In this document: in pieces, positions 27,601 to 52,500 of the stretch
Layout: each line of letters opens with the position of its first letter
How positions within the stretch are numbered: the first letter of the stretch is position 1
NCBI GenBank assembly: GCA_051362555.1
Contig: CM120640.1
Coordinates: 61,420,788 to 61,484,787 of the forward strand
DNA length: 64,000 nucleotides
Source of the DNA: Lingula anatina
Taxonomy: Eukaryota; Animalia; Brachiopoda
Direction of reading: 5' to 3'
Notes under the pieces: model-generated
Database searches by the model: none
What the model saw: the letters and a program-made list of their open reading frames with translations, nothing else
Told to the model about the DNA's origin: nothing
Program-made: the position numbers and the translations under genes

Positions 27601-30600
27601 ACCACAAAAACCACAAGCGCCATCACCAACCAAATCGCCTGCTCCACTCATGAAGATAACATCAGGCCCCAAACCCCCATCTAGTCCATTGACCAAGTCA
27701 ACCAGTAATGCAACACAAAAAATTAAGGCAACAAGTGCAAAATTAGAAAAGGTACATTGTTATTGAACAATGATTCACTTTACCATTTTTAAATATTTCT
27801 GTCTTCGTAGAGATTAAAGTAAAATATGATAACATAATACATTTTAAGCAAATAGCGTAAAAAAAATAGGACAAGATTTTGCATGGAACTTTTTAAGGAC
27901 AAAGCAAATAACATTTTTCTTATCGATGGATTAGTTTTTACTTAACTCATAAGAGCAGTTCTTTGGTCATTTGATTCTGTGATTAAAAAATGTTAAAACA
28001 CATTGCAGAAAATCAAAACACCAAGAGTGTCATCAGCAGCCAGTAGAAAAAGGGATGTCAAAATATCTACCAGTACTGAGACGTCCAATGAGCAAGTCTC
28101 ACAACCCTCTGCAACTACCAATAGGGAATTTAAAGTAAGGATGTTTTTGATGCTTGGTACATTTAATTGATAGACTAAACTCCTAACAATAAATCAGGGT
28201 ATTTGTTGGAAAGTGGAAAGCAAAGGTGATTTGTTGGAAAGTGGAAAGAAAATAAAAGATGGATTTTGTCTATTCCAGGAATTCACGTCAGAATCATTGA
28301 TTTCTGATACCCGAGCTGAGATTGAGCGTGTATTTGGTAAGCAGACACCAGTAAAAACTAAAAAAGCTTCTGGAGGTACTAAAGGAAATGAGGGAAGCAT
28401 CAAGAAGCATAGATCTAAGGAGAAGGAAAAAGAAAAGGAGAAGGAATTAGAAGTGGAAATTCCTGAAGAAGGTAGAGAACTGCAATACATGTCCTAAAGC
28501 TATGGTGTGGTCTTTAGAGATGTAATACATTCTGCTGAAAAGAAACAATAAGATTGAAATTTTGGAGAGATTACGTATATGTATGACATACATTATTGTA
28601 AGAACATTAAAATATTTTGATATATATTGGATTTATTTCAAAAGAACGATTGACTCGTTTAAAGGAACATATAAACATCTTTGGTTGTTTGAGAATTAAA
28701 CTGTCTTCATTAAGTATGAATAAAGGCAATAGTATTAATTTGATGTACAGTTATTATATATATTTGTGAGAAGGATGAAATATTTCATGCTCTAAATAAT
28801 ATGAAAATTATTTTTCATAGTAAAACAACTTATGGAGGGTGGTGCAGATGAATTCACTGGTGAGGAGGGAGGACTGACTGTTGAAGAATTGGAACTGCAG
28901 CAGCAGTTACTCAAGGTATGAGAATATAAAAAAATTTGGAATATAGCACTGGTTTATTATTTTAAAAATCCAGATGGTCAAGATGATAGTTATTGAAGAG
29001 AAAGTGCCTTGTTGCCTGGCTTCAGGTACGTTAAGATGCATTTAAACTTATGAGAGTCAGATTAATGCCCTTTAACCCAATCAAAGCCACCATACAGTTT
29101 CAAGTGATTTATCCTTAAGAAATACCGCACAGTTTTGGTACAAAATTTTCTGAAAATGATATTGCACAGGTATTTTCTGCTTAATTATTGTGTGTTGTGG
29201 AATGGAGGAAAATACAAGCAGGTCTAATTGCAACCAAAAATTTAATGAAGGTGCAGTCCTTTTTTTACTGCCCAAAAGATTTTGGTGTTTTTTTTCTAGT
29301 ATGGGATTTAATTTTTTTGTTGTGAAAGACACTGGTACTAATAAGTGTGTTACAGGAAATTTACTTTATCTTTAACACTTAATGAATAGATAACATTTTC
29401 AAAACTAATTTCCATTTTTAATGCAGGAAAAAATGGAGTCTGCCCAGGAGCAACTTAAATCTGCAGGCATTAAGTCAACTAAACCAGGTAAACCAGCCAA
29501 TAAAGAGAAAAAGGAAAAGAAATCACTCAAGGTCAAAGATGAAAAAGGTGAAGAAATGGAGAGGAAGAAACAAGAGCTGAGAGAAGCACGGAGATTAGAG
29601 AAAGAAGTATGTGGTGTTTCTGTAGCTTAATTTACTGACAAAAGAAAGTGGCTTAACTCTTGTCCCAGATTGCCTTTTACTTTCTAGTTTATCTACTTTA
29701 TTAGAAATTAACTACTTGACTGATATTTACAGCCTGTTATTAACTTGAATATTATTATTATGCCCACTTCTTGGACAAATGTACTAATGTGTAGAAATTG
29801 TTTCAACAGAAAAAAAAATTAAAGCTTTTTGCACCTTTTATTGTTTGAACCACCTTTATGAATATCATTAAAGAAGTTTAAGGAGGTTTGAGGGAAGATT
29901 CTGTTATAAAGTAATTGACGAGAAACTTTTTATGTACTTGGTGTTTAGTATCTTATCTTACATCTAATTATAAAGATATTCAGATTATGTAGTTGGAAAT
30001 TGTTTTTTTAATACTGCCAGTGTGTCAAAGAAATTGTGCCACATGACATTTTAGAAAATGACATGCATGTGACTATAAATGAATAATCAAAAATATTGAC
30101 CATTTGTATGTGGTAACAGTGATTTTGTGGTCAATGCTTAACCCACAGACACACTTTTAAAATACTGTTTATAATTTCAGAAACGTGAGCAGGAAGCTAA
30201 GCAGTTACAGGATTTGATAAAACAGAAGGAAGAAGATAGGAAGAATAAAGAAATGGAAGCTAAGCGGGAACAGGAGGTTGGTGAAGAATTCTTTTTCTTG
30301 GTGTAAATTGTTTACAATTAGAATACTAAAATCTTCTCCTAATTCAAGAAATGCAAATTCAATGGTGCACTGCTGTATGTCAAGAAGTAATGTGCTGGTT
30401 TTTAACTTGAACATCTATTGAAGCAAAATGTGAAATATTTTTGTAGAGGAAAGAAGCAGAACTGAAAAGAATTGCTGAAGAAGAGGAGAGCATACGTCAA
30501 CAGGAGGAAGAAGTGAAAAGGATACTGGCTGAACAAAGAAGAATAGAACGAGAAGAAAGAGAAGCCAGGAGAAAACTTGAACTTGAGAGAAAGAAACAAG

Positions 30601-33363
30601 AGGCAATCCGACAGCGTGAGAAGCAGAAAGAGATGATGGCCAAGGCAAGACAGAAGGAGTTGGAGATGCTAGAGAGAATAGCAGATAGTGAGGCAAGAAG
30701 ACGGCGCAGGGAAGAATTGGAAGAAGATGAGGAAGAGGAGAATGAGAAATTAGAAATGGAATTTGAGGTAAAATCTACATCGTGTGTTTTGAAGATGAAA
30801 AGAAGTTCAGTGGATAATGTGTAAATAGATTTTTATTTTGATGGATCACTTAATCTTGTATGTAATCCATCAGTCACCAGCAAAATGCCTAATGATAAAG
30901 ACACATCTTCATCTTCATGATAATTCTAGTCCAGTCCAGTAAGAAAATAAAATTAATGATTAGAATATATCCTATTCAGATGTTAAGCATAGATATGAAA
31001 TTTATATCAACTAACAAATGAGAATTTTTATATAGAAAAACAGAAATATGAATGATAAAAAATAAGACTTTGTAATTTATATCCACTGACAAAATGAGAT
31101 TTTTTTTTGAAAGAACAGAAATATGAATGATAAAAAATAATAAGAATTTATAATTCTCTTTTTTAAAAAAGTGTTTTATATTAACTGTCATGCACAAGGT
31201 AATTACTAATTAATTACTAATTTTTTTTCTTTAATGACTGAAAAAATAGTAGGGATATAGACAGGTAAATCATTATTCTCATCAACTCTGTTATTCAGGA
31301 ATCGCTGAAGCAGGTTGAATTTGAGATGGAGCAGGAGGAAGCAAAGATTGCTTACTTGGAGAAGAAGGCAGAGGAGGAGGCCATGGCTGACATGGTGCGT
31401 GAGAGGGAAGAAGCTGAATGTAGACGACAGAAGATTGAAGAGGAAATGGAAAAAGTCAGACAACAAGAACAAGAAAAAATGTAAGTGTCCCCCAAATATC
31501 CATTTCTTCATGGTGAATGTGATCAAACACAAAAATTGTCCTGTACATCCAAAAATTCACTTTGAAGCTAAAACGTTCCACATTTAAAAATTACATTGTA
31601 AATCCTAGGTAAAAGTGATGTATGTCATTCATTTTTAATATACAGATATGACACAAAATTGATAAAATGGATATTGAGTGAGACTCACCCTAATTTTGAA
31701 TCAGAATTTTTCATACACATTTCCTCCTACCCCTCATTTGTAATTGAGAAAAAAAAAAGACCATGCAACAACACCTTACTGTTTGTTTGAAAACAAATAT
31801 TAATTAATTCAAATTAATTTTTACATATAGTTCTGGCCTTAGATAACTATATCCTAAAATTTTTGTCATGGTTTAATAAATGGCCTGTGTGTTGGCTAGC
31901 CTGTTGATTTCTAAATGTTTATATTGTGGATAATAACTTGTGGTACTTGTGGTTAAGCTGCATGAGTTACAAAATCATCCATAGAGAAATCAATATAATT
32001 GGCTTGCAATGACTTTTGCCTAATCTTTCACAAGATGATTATATATTGTCAAATTATGGGAATAGTCATTCATATGTTCTAGATTAATCATGGGTACATG
32101 TTGAAATAATAGTAATAATACATTGAGACTATAACGGGTGTCAAGGTTTTCCTGTAATCCTCAGATTCCAATTAGTGGAAAAGATTATTGTAGGAATGCC
32201 AGTTAAATATAGCAGGAGCTATCTGTGTGCTACCTGTTACCATGACGCTGTAATAACAGGGAAATGGAGTAATTGGGAATTGATTGTTCAGCAAAGAGTT
32301 CCACAAGGACTTGTTGATTTTTTATTTGTACAGAGTCATATATCTCCCTTTAGATTGTATGTCAAAAGCAAAGAAGGAAGACCTATTTTGAAAAATAACA
32401 ATAACAACCAGGATGTTTCCATTTCACAGGCAAAAGATGTTTGAAGAACAGCAAAAACTTGAATTGGAGATTCAGAAGAGAGAGGAAGAGGAGGAAAAAC
32501 AGAGGGAGATTGAGAGACAGAGACTTCTGGAGGTAAGAATTTTAACAGTAATATTATACAAGATAAGGAATTGTGTTTCTAACATTTGAACTCTAATGCT
32601 GACAATAACATTACAAAAACAATTTGAAAATGTTAATACACATTATCACCATTAATGTGTTTTATGTTCCATTGAGTTTGGTTATTGTTAGAGATTTTAC
32701 CAATAGTTTTACCACATATATAAATGGAAAATTAATAATTTTATATAAATCATTCAGTATATTTAATTAAATTATTCCCTTTTTGTGAGAAAACACCTTT
32801 ATTACATATAAAATCAGAAAAGTGGGAATTGAAAAAAATTTTGAAAATAAATGGATGCTTTCTTGTAGCTACGAAAGATGGAGGAAGAGGCAAGAGAGAA
32901 GATGCGCCAAGAAATGCAGAATAGAAGAGAAGAGCTCCTTAAGCTCAGAGAAAAGAATATAGAGAGGAAAAACAACTTGGAGAGTGTCCGTCGTTCACAG
33001 GGTGTCACCAAACCATGGGTGTTTTCATATTATGTGCTGTGGCCAAGAGAAACTTATGAAAAGTATGTTATTACAATTCTTTAAATCATTTGGTGATATT
33101 GTTAAACCTGAAAAGAAACCTTCATATATAATGATTATTTGTTTACAATCAAGAACTGCAAAACTTGAGATTGTTTGACATCGTTTTATTTTAACAAATC
33201 TCAAAAGTTTTGTTAAAATTTTAAGCTGTGGATAGTGTTATTTGATATATTTATTATTTCTATTTTTAGACCAATGATCTCAGATGATAAGAAAAAAGGT
33301 GGGAAGAAAAGTGGGAAGAAAGGGAAGAAAAGTGGGAAAAAGAGTGGGAAGAAAAAGAAATGA
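17873..33363 (+). CDS. KIAA2012: KIAA2012-like protein, about 1230 aa, 22 coding exons: 17873-17944, 18640-18811, 20245-20399, 22700-22857, 24019-24261, 24624-24739, 25022-25660, 26118-26162 (boundary uncertain), 26603-26712 (boundary uncertain), 26974-27171, 27337-27387, 27600-27751, 28009-28134, 28279-28471, 28821-28915, 29427-29606, 30181-30276, 30447-30767, 31299-31480, 32430-32532, 32869-33062, 33270-33363
   Basis: GT-AG junctions are phase-compatible everywhere except exons 8-9. Motifs MLSTLAKGSG, LPKTYLTRKGALFLFT, TLERFAKSVLQYG, HSQPG..FYL..W, a long E/R/K-rich helical region and C-terminal VTKPWVFSYY match my recollection of vertebrate KIAA2012 (LPKTFSTRKGALILYS ... ISRPWVYSYF). Confidence 0.85.
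21167..21180 (+). promoter_or_regulatory. Candidate RFX X-box in KIAA2012 intron 3
   Basis: CTCACCATGGCAAC matches GTNRCCATGGYAAC at 13 of 14 positions. Confidence 0.35.
21577..21682. repeat. Compound microsatellite: degenerate (TG)n followed by (AG)22
   Basis: Read directly from sequence; the AG run spans 21639-21682. Confidence 0.95.
30999..31140. repeat. Two-copy tandem duplication, period about 75 bp, in a KIAA2012 intron
   Basis: aatttatatc..aaatgaga..aacagaaatatgaatgataaaaaataa starts at both 30999 and 31074. Confidence 0.85.
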
Positions 33364-36300
33364 TCCTAGCCTGCAGTGCTCTTACAAATAATTAGAAAAA
33401 GTTGTGCTGGGTGATTTCTGTGACATTTTCTTAAATCAGTATGGCTTTAAGATAATGTTTAAACTGATGTAATGATGGATACATTCATGAAGACCAACAT
33501 TGCCACAAAAAGAAGAAAACTCAAATAATGTCATAATCAGTGTGGATAATTTTGATATAGATTTATTATTTTTGTTGAATCTAAATCAGGGTATTTTTTA
33601 ATTTTTAATGTATAAAAGAGATTTTCTCTATAAGGAAATTACTTCATTATGATAAAATCAAATAAAGCATTCCATGACATAAAAAAAATGATATTTTTAT
33701 TATGTAGTCTAGCCTTTGTTTAATATGCTAAAACAAATTAAATGACAGAATAAGAATGTTAGCCATTTCTGTTTTCTATGAAATGTTTCAGCTGTTTAAT
33801 TACCCAATTTTTTTTCCATGACAGAATACTGAAAGAATTTAATGTACCATGTTCTGTTCAACTGTTATCTGTGCTATTTTCTTAAAACTATAAACCATCC
33901 ATGGTTATATGTGTAACAAATATATGCAAATGACAATCAAAATTACCAATGTCAAATTTATTGAAGAGGCTTATCTGTGTTGTATTAATATTCAGCTTGA
34001 TCTGTATTTGGTATTTGGGAATATTTTTTCTGTGCAATATATCAAATGGTCACAATTGAAATCATATTAGAAAGTTGTAATTGAACATTAAATCGTATAT
34101 ATAATGAAACTAGAGTCACATGATAGGAAGCAAAGTCATAACATAATCACAATGCGTCACGTTTGCTCAAGCACATTGTTTTAAAATATTGAATAATACA
34201 TAATTATTTTGGAAATAAAAGTACTTTTTGTGGAAAGTTACTTGTTAGTTTGAAACTATCATTTCACTTTTGTCAAATTATACTCTAATATATTTTGTAC
34301 ATCAAGCTGATTTTCAAACTCGACCTGTATTTTAGGTATGTAACATCGATCACTCCTGTGAGTTTCAAGTGAATAGACCCATTGGTTTTCTTTGAAATGT
34401 GTTTTCAGTGTTGCATATGCTGAAAAAGCGAAAAAAAAAAAAAAAAAAAAAAACAGCATAACTTTGGAAAAAATGGCCTGATCATGCTGATTTTTTAACT
34501 CAACCTATATTTTAAGAATATTTATCAGTTTCGTAAGTTTGAGGACAAAAGGTAAAACAGTTTCTACTTAATTGTGTTATCACTGAAGGTGATGACAGTG
34601 ATGACAGACGCAGGTACATAAAAGGTATAAATAATGCTTGCCTTTTCCATTTAAATATATTTTTACTATCTCTTCTATTATCTCTGTCAAAGCCAACATT
34701 GTTTTTTTGGTGTGGATTAATTGATTAGCTGCTATGGGATCATAAATGGCATCGTTATTGAATGATATCAAACTAGCTTTTAATTTACTTTAATCAGACC
34801 AGTGTAATTGCACATAAACTACCTTGAATATACCCTGAATTTGAAAATAGGAAGGAAAAATCTCAGTGTTTGAGGATAATGAATGTAAAAATGCAATTAT
34901 CAGGAAAGGATATCGATTTCTCTTGCAATTTCACTGACAGAACTCTCTACCAATGACTGAAGATAGTCAAAGTTGTACATTGAAGATATAATTTGTTTTG
35001 CATTTGATTTTTTTTTATAATGATAACAGAAAACCCCTGTTCAATACACTAAAGTTATTCTTTATATTATTTATGCAGGATTTGTGAAGTTTTTTTTAAA
35101 TGAGATTTTAAAATGAGAGCACAAATTATTTTAGTAAAAAGATTTGGAATGATTGTTTGGCAGCCTGACACTAGTATCTAAATCTAGAAGCAAATTTCAC
35201 TGAAGAACTGAATTTTGATAGCTGTGATAATGGTACATAGATATAATAGTGAATGATTTCTATCAAAATAAAAATTCCCACTAGTCATTGATATGGTCTA
35301 CAGACTCCAGACATATCACATGTCACAGTTGTTGTTCTGGTAGGTATCTTTCAATTGTTTAAGCAGCGATCTTATGGAACAGCAGAACATTAATAATGTC
35401 ATAATGATACATCACTTGCATCTTTTAAGGAAATGCATATGTGTCTGTTATCATGCACGGAGTGTTCCTTTGATTCCTACTGCCGCCTATAAATGATAGA
35501 TTTACGCATTGCTCGACCATTACATTCTGGAAGTAAAGGTCACATCTAATGGAAAAATCAGGCTAGTGATGCAGTTTTTGTGATGAATTTTGACGCTTTT
35601 TGATGTAGTTTTTTTAACAGCAAAGGGAGCACAAAATGTGTGAGAAAAGGGGGCATCCTTATATTATTATTTTGCTATATAATTTTAAAATTTAAAATTT
35701 ATTTGAATTTTTAAGTTATGGTATGCGTATTTCAGGAATGTGCTATTCTTATCGTCAATGAAATTTGAATTAATTCCCCCAAGGTTATGGTAATGTTCTG
35801 TTGAACCTCCAAAAAATTGAATTCTGAAAAGTCATTTGTCACATCAGTTTGATGTGCCATCTTGAAGTATGCATAAATTCAATTGCTTGTAAGTGAATAA
35901 GAAGAAATTTCACTGTGCAAGCTCTTTTATGGAAGCTTTCCTATTCCTGAGTGAGCAAAAACATCTAGGAGGTGGTCAATCACGACATAATTTGGCTTAA
36001 TGCCAATTTCATAAGTACTATTTACTTGGTAATTTTCTCTGGGTTCAACGTCAAATAATGGAATAGTATCATCCCAGTGTAAGCAGCAAAATTATATGGT
36101 TTCTGGGACTTCGTTTTTTTTATGTCATTTATATTTAAACAGTTTTTTTTTTTGTTGCAGTTAAAATGTTGCTCTAATTATCAATTGGTAATTGGGTAAT
36201 ATCTGTTGGATATTTCCTAAAAATACATAGTCATCCTCCATGTGCAGAGGCTCATCACTGGTGTATCTGATTTTACATACCAAGAGATATGTGACTGTGG

Positions 36301-36756
36301 CTTTTTTTTTTGGTACAAGTTGTGTTTTCCAATGTAATGTAATTACTTTCCCTCAACATTCATGACAAACAAAACATTGTCATCCTCTCACTATATATGC
36401 CTTGAATACCTCTTGCTGATGCTTGAGGTGTTCTGGCATACGTATTGCCCCAGTGGCAGTGCATTATCTCCCTCATACCCTCACTTCATTGTGCAAGCAT
36501 TAGCAAGGCGGTTCCCTATATTCAGCAATGAGAAATGCTGTACATCACAAGCATAAAGGATAATGGAATGTAGCCATTTAAGTCAGAGGACACACACATT
36601 AGTCATTATCAAGTCTATATACCCATAACTTGCAAATATGCATACTGCATGTGTGAACGGGAAATTCTTGATGTAAATCTACATTTGTAAATATGCAGTT
36701 CCACACACCAATTAATGCTGGGGAAAAAAAAACAATAAACAAAGGAGACAATATAC

Positions 36757-36762
36757 TTTATT
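36757..36762 (-). terminator. Candidate polyadenylation signal of synaptotagmin-1 (3'UTR about 2.8 kb)
   Basis: AATAAA on the minus strand followed by a GU/U-rich downstream element (tgtctcctttgtttattgtttttt). Confidence 0.6.
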
Positions 36763-39571
36763 GCTGATGACATCAACATACAGTCAAATTAAAACATGCC
36801 CTTTAGAGTAGACTTTACTGTTTCATGTGCAATTAATGCCCTCATGATACAACGCGTGAAAGAGCAATATTAAAGGTCCAGTAAGGTAAAATCAATTCTG
36901 AGAAATAAGATGAATTCCAAGAAGTTATCTGTTTATCGCAATCAAGTGAGGATGTCTTGCAGGAATAAGACTTATTAAATGTGCAAATAGAAGCACTCCC
37001 AAAGCCAATTTGAATGGAAAACACTTTGGTGCAAAGTCAGTAGTACAGGAGGCATTTAGTACAGTTATCTCTCATGTTATCTACGAAAAAAATCTGAGAA
37101 CATCACAGAGTGGTAGCTGTCTTAACTGTATGAAGATGACATCTGTACCTCTCTACAGAGCATACCATAATAGTAAAACTAGTAGCACTGTTCACAAATA
37201 CTTCACAGGAGGGAGGGGGAAAACCCTCTTCATTAAACTTGTATTGTCTGCATGTTAGGATTATAAACCATGCCAATGAATGGAAGTTTACCATTTGACA
37301 ATCATATCCTATGGTATGCACTGTAGATCCTTACCAGAGGACAAACAAAGCAAAAGTGTCAATACTCTATCTTGCACACTTTTAAATCTGACTTTTATTA
37401 CAGAGTCTTACCACTTTTGTTTTGGGCCTCCAACAATTGTGGCTGAAAACAGCACACTCTCAAAACAAAACAAAAATTTCAAAAATAAAATTATCCTGAT
37501 GTGGTATATGTTACTTTTCTTCTATTTACAAGACAATGAGGATTACTTACATTAAAATTAAATGCACACACACAAAAATGACCCTAAATTCTACTTATAA
37601 ATGTTTGATTTGACACTGCCACCATATACTGATTACTTAACCAGAATGAAATAAATGCACAATCCCCAAACTTCATAAATAACATAGCATCAACATTTGC
37701 TTAAATATGAAAATAAATGCAATGTCAAACACCAAAGACCTGAATTGTGTGGATCAAACCATGAAAATTTCAGGGAGAGATAAGATTTGATTACTTTTCT
37801 TTAAAACCCTTTTTGTCTAATTTTTAAGTCACTGTACTTTTACTTTTGCAACACATTGGTGCTATACAGTTATTATTCCTCAGGGTTTCAAGGATACACA
37901 CATCAGCCTTGAACTGCTCACATATGAAGTCTACACGTCTACAGTGTGCTTATACATGTAGATCAATTTTGTGTTCAAATTTTAATGATTTCACAGAGAG
38001 AACATTAGTTGCTGCAGGGAATCTTCTCTTTTTCTACTTCATGTATGCTTTACACAACTTTTAATAATGATGAAAATATGAAGACAGAAAGATGCCAAAG
38101 ACACTAAAGCAGAAATTATGCCAATACCATACAATAAACATCACTTAAGGGATCAAATCAAAACACTTTTTTTTTTAAATTTTTCTCTCATAAGATTAAA
38201 TGTGGTTTATCACGTGTTTTTGTAATATTGAAGATTGAACATAACATGAAATTGCACGTCTGGGTATTGTCAATAAATACAAACAACAGGTTAAAACAGT
38301 TAATTATACAAATTCCATAATGTATAATTACAGAATAATTAAGACAAATGACTGGCAACCAATGCTACCCTAACATTTCATTCTGGCATAACAACTATAA
38401 CATCACAACCTCAAACTTCTAAATGTAAAATCTGCTGTCTATATTGAAAGCAGTTTGTTAACTGAAGGAATGTACCAACCTTTTTACTGAGCTAAAGGAA
38501 TGTACATATTAAGTGCAAACAACCATACATTCAATAATATAAGCTGAATTTGCCACTGCCCATAACATCAGGATATAGATACACAATAAGAGGCAATCAC
38601 TTTTATTTCCAATACCATGTATATGCTTTTAATGAAAGAAATAAATTAAGTAGATACTTGAACTGTCAAGCCTATTTTAATTGCCATTCATACCTAAAGA
38701 CATCCCCAGCAGTTTTGGATTTCAGATCAAACCTTTCAACCCCCCCCCCCCTCACCTGGGATAGTATTAAACACTGATATGACCATGATAAACATTTACC
38801 CATTCAAAAAGGTTGGGACAGACAAAAGGAACCTCAGATTACCACAAAGACACTGGATATATACACCCCATGTTTCAGAGCCCACTGAGAACTCCTCTCT
38901 TCTCAGCAACTTAATGCTATTGGGAATGACAGAAATATGCTAGCTATAGATGCTGGTCACCACTAGATTCTCAAACTCCAGGTTGGATAATTCAATCTGT
39001 ACGTATTACTAAAATCTATAGCAGCAATGAATCACCATGGTAACCATGCTCTGCCCACAGCTCTTGGGTTGATGACAATTTTATCAGATCCAATAGTCAA
39101 CTGTGTGTGATGCCTTAATTACCTGCTTGTACACTGAACTCTGTACATGCAAGTTCAATGTACATGATATTCACTGTTATGTAGGCGTATGAACAATACA
39201 ACATTCACAGCTGCTATATCAATTATATTTTGTAGATGTATATATATACCAATTGTCCAAGTGTGTGCATCACAATGTCTAATGGATCGCTCTCCATACA
39301 TTATCTAACCTTTGGTAATGACATCTTGGGTTTCTATATTTCAAAATTATCATGTACTACAACAATGCATCATGCTACTTATGTGACGAACCCACATTTT
39401 GCCTTATGATGAATTGTGTACATGGCATCTACATTAGCCCTGCCAGAGGTATGTGTTTATATATGAATATACATAGCTACATATGATATCTAATTCACTT
39501 ATATATTTTGTTGTTCATGCAGCTGTTTAAAGTCTCAAGAATCTGGTTTCAGAAGCTTAGTGCCACGCCAT

Positions 39572-49592
<10,021 letters not shown>

Positions 49593-52500
49593 GATATAAA
49601 TGGTAGCTGAGGACTTTTACCTGCATGTGCAAAGAAAAAAAAATAATTAGTGTCATTAAGTGCTGCAAATTCAAAATATTGCTTAAATTGGGTTCCAAAA
49701 CCTGTAAATAGACACTTTATGCAATAGTTACTCTTTTATACTATTAGTCATTGCTGGGAAATTTTTTAAAGGCTTACTTATTATTTAATTGATAAAGAGG
49801 ACTAAATACTGCCTCTATTTAATGGAACCTGGGGTGCATATCTCCTAAACAAACAAACAAAAAATACAAAAGCAATGGCACCCCAGTCATCCAACATGCC
49901 AATTTTCATGATAATATCTTACTAAGTTACAGAGTCAGTATCTCACACACGTATACAAAGCAGCATAATTGGTGGGCTACCCTGTGTGCAAAATTGGTGA
50001 ATAAAACAAGAAAATGGGGAATTTTTGCTATTTATTACACGTAGGAGAAGTGCTTTATGTAAAAGAAACAGGGAATAAACATTTGTCAAACATGGGCACT
50101 CATTATGCATTGAATCCCCTTAACCTGAATGATCTATTTTACAGGGGGGTAGTTTTGAGCAATAGTGTACATGAAATAAATGATTCATAAACTATAATTT
50201 CATTTTACAAAAAATGTGGACTTTGACCCTATTTCTGTCTCAGTTGTTAGTCAAATCCTTTTCATTTATTTTGTTGACTGACTGAAATAAGATTTGAGTC
50301 ACTTAGATAAAAAGATGTCATAGGATAGGTACTTTATTTTCATACATAAGTATAAAACTACCTTCATATCACATATTGTCAACTGATGTGTGGGTGTACA
50401 TGTGGTGCAAAACTGGTCAAAAATGACAAAATGATCAATATTCCATCTTGATCACTTGTTTTGTTTCACAACCCTAAAGAACTCTTCTTACACACACACA
50501 CATCAGTTGTTGTTCACATTTTGTATGCCTAGTTTTGTTTTGAATGGTACATCTAATTAATTTAAATCCTTTAAAACTATATTAGCAATTTGACCTGGAA
50601 TAAAAAGCCAAATTAGCCAAAACTTGTTTACTTCCCACCCAGAGCAACAAAATGATATTATTTAATTTTTCAAGAGAAAAGGTCAATATAGAGTTCGTAT
50701 TCAGTCATTTAGAGTTGAATATGCACCCTCTTGTCTTCCATGTCCTCAGAATGAAATCCAAATCTATTAATTTACGTGAACAAAACATTGATTTTCTCGC
50801 AGTGGGAGACAGTCAGAAAGCCTCACAAGAAAAACATCTTTTCCTTGTGGTTGCCGGGAAACATTTGGAATTGACGTCAGTTTGATTTGATCAATGATCC
50901 CAAGTATTGCCACAATAAAGAAGGCAATTATGACTTACTGAAAGGGATATATTTAGATATTAATTAGAAGTTGAAGTATGTTAGTTTCTCAACTTAAGAT
51001 ACACAATGAAAATAATTATTTTTTGTAATTTACCCACAAATGTAGGTTGACATTTTCTTGCTGTCAAGCATTCTGTGCATATATTTGACAAAGCAAGATC
51101 TACGGGGACATAATTGAAGTCTGCAGTTTTAGATAATACAATCACTTACAAAACAAGGCTTTGTAAAATGATAACTGTACAGGGTCAATACCACAATGCC
51201 TTCAACATAAAATCAGTTGTGACTGCACTTCCCTACTTCCTTGAAGACCAAGTATTGGGACTTGATACTGGGTTAGGATATTGGACAGGAAAAAAATAAG
51301 TATTTTGAGTCTTTTTTTTTCAAAAATTCACCCCTATGCATTTTAAATAATCTATACAGACAGGCCTTATAAAGGAATTAGAACTCGAGCCTTTGTGAGC
51401 ACAAATGCCTAAATTAACACCTTGAGCCACAAATTAAGAAGCCCAAAATTAGTTGCCACAAGCACAGGATAGGATTCACAAACCATACATCAGCTTATCT
51501 ATCCATTCAGTACATTCTGTATAAGCCAGAGATTGTTGAGAGTGCACTGCAGTCAAATTACGAAAAGTAAAGGAAGCAGTATGTATACAGCCAGAGACCA
51601 GGACTAAAGACCAGGACTGGCCAAATTGTTTGTGTGGTCCAATGCTGTGCTCATGGCAGGGGTGCAGTCAGACCTTTTTAAATTGCAGATTTTCAAAATT
51701 TCCAGACCTCTACGGCTAAATATAGACTAATGCAACAGATGAAAGGCAGATAAAATTATATGTGCCAAATATCATAGCTTAATTTTCACTAGTAATAAAA
51801 TCATCACTTAAAGTTAAAAATATTCCCATGTTAATTAAGTTCCTAAATCTAAGGCTTATGTTAGCAAACAGCTATTATCATTTATGAGGCCTGGACAGAA
51901 ATAGAAACCAAACCATAGCCAAGAAAAGTGGTGAATTTTTACCAACAGCCAATTTTATATTCAGCAAGTTAAAGTCCATAGTAAATCTCAACTATCCTCC
52001 AAGGATATCACACATTCTAAAAGCCTTTGATCTCCACACAGTCCAGATCTACTTGACATAATCCCCAAAGATAAAATAAAAAATACTTCCGCCACAATGG
52101 CGTGCATTTCCTCAGTACACACTACTAGGAAAGCAATATGCTAGTTAGTGGAAACCAATCACTCAGATATCAGCCATTAGAACAAATGTCTTGGGATCAT
52201 GATACACAGATATTTACACTCACTGGCTTGTAGTCTTCAGTCAATTACATTTGCAATGCCTTAGATTCACAATGGGAGCTGTATTGTTTTGCAGCAGGTT
52301 GTTTATTGTGGCATTTTTTAAACAAGGCTGGAAAAACAGTTGTTATGGAATAAGCACAAAATTAGCTGAGGGAGAAAAATTTCCAGATGAACAGGTCCAG
52401 GAAATGTGGGGGAGTGTGATAACCTATTGGTGTCAATGTATGCTGATGCACATTAACAATGCCGTCTACCTCTGAATGAGACTGTGATTATGGAAGATGA

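Noticed and set aside
28201-28248. Short two-copy direct repeats (also near 45866, 51594, 54193, 58897, 63240)
   Set aside because: Ordinary slippage duplications; no regular repeat-spacer array, so not CRISPR-like.
30205-31532. Hydrophobic F/L/S-rich minus-strand ORFs
   Set aside because: Antisense shadows of the GAA/AAG-rich KIAA2012 exons.
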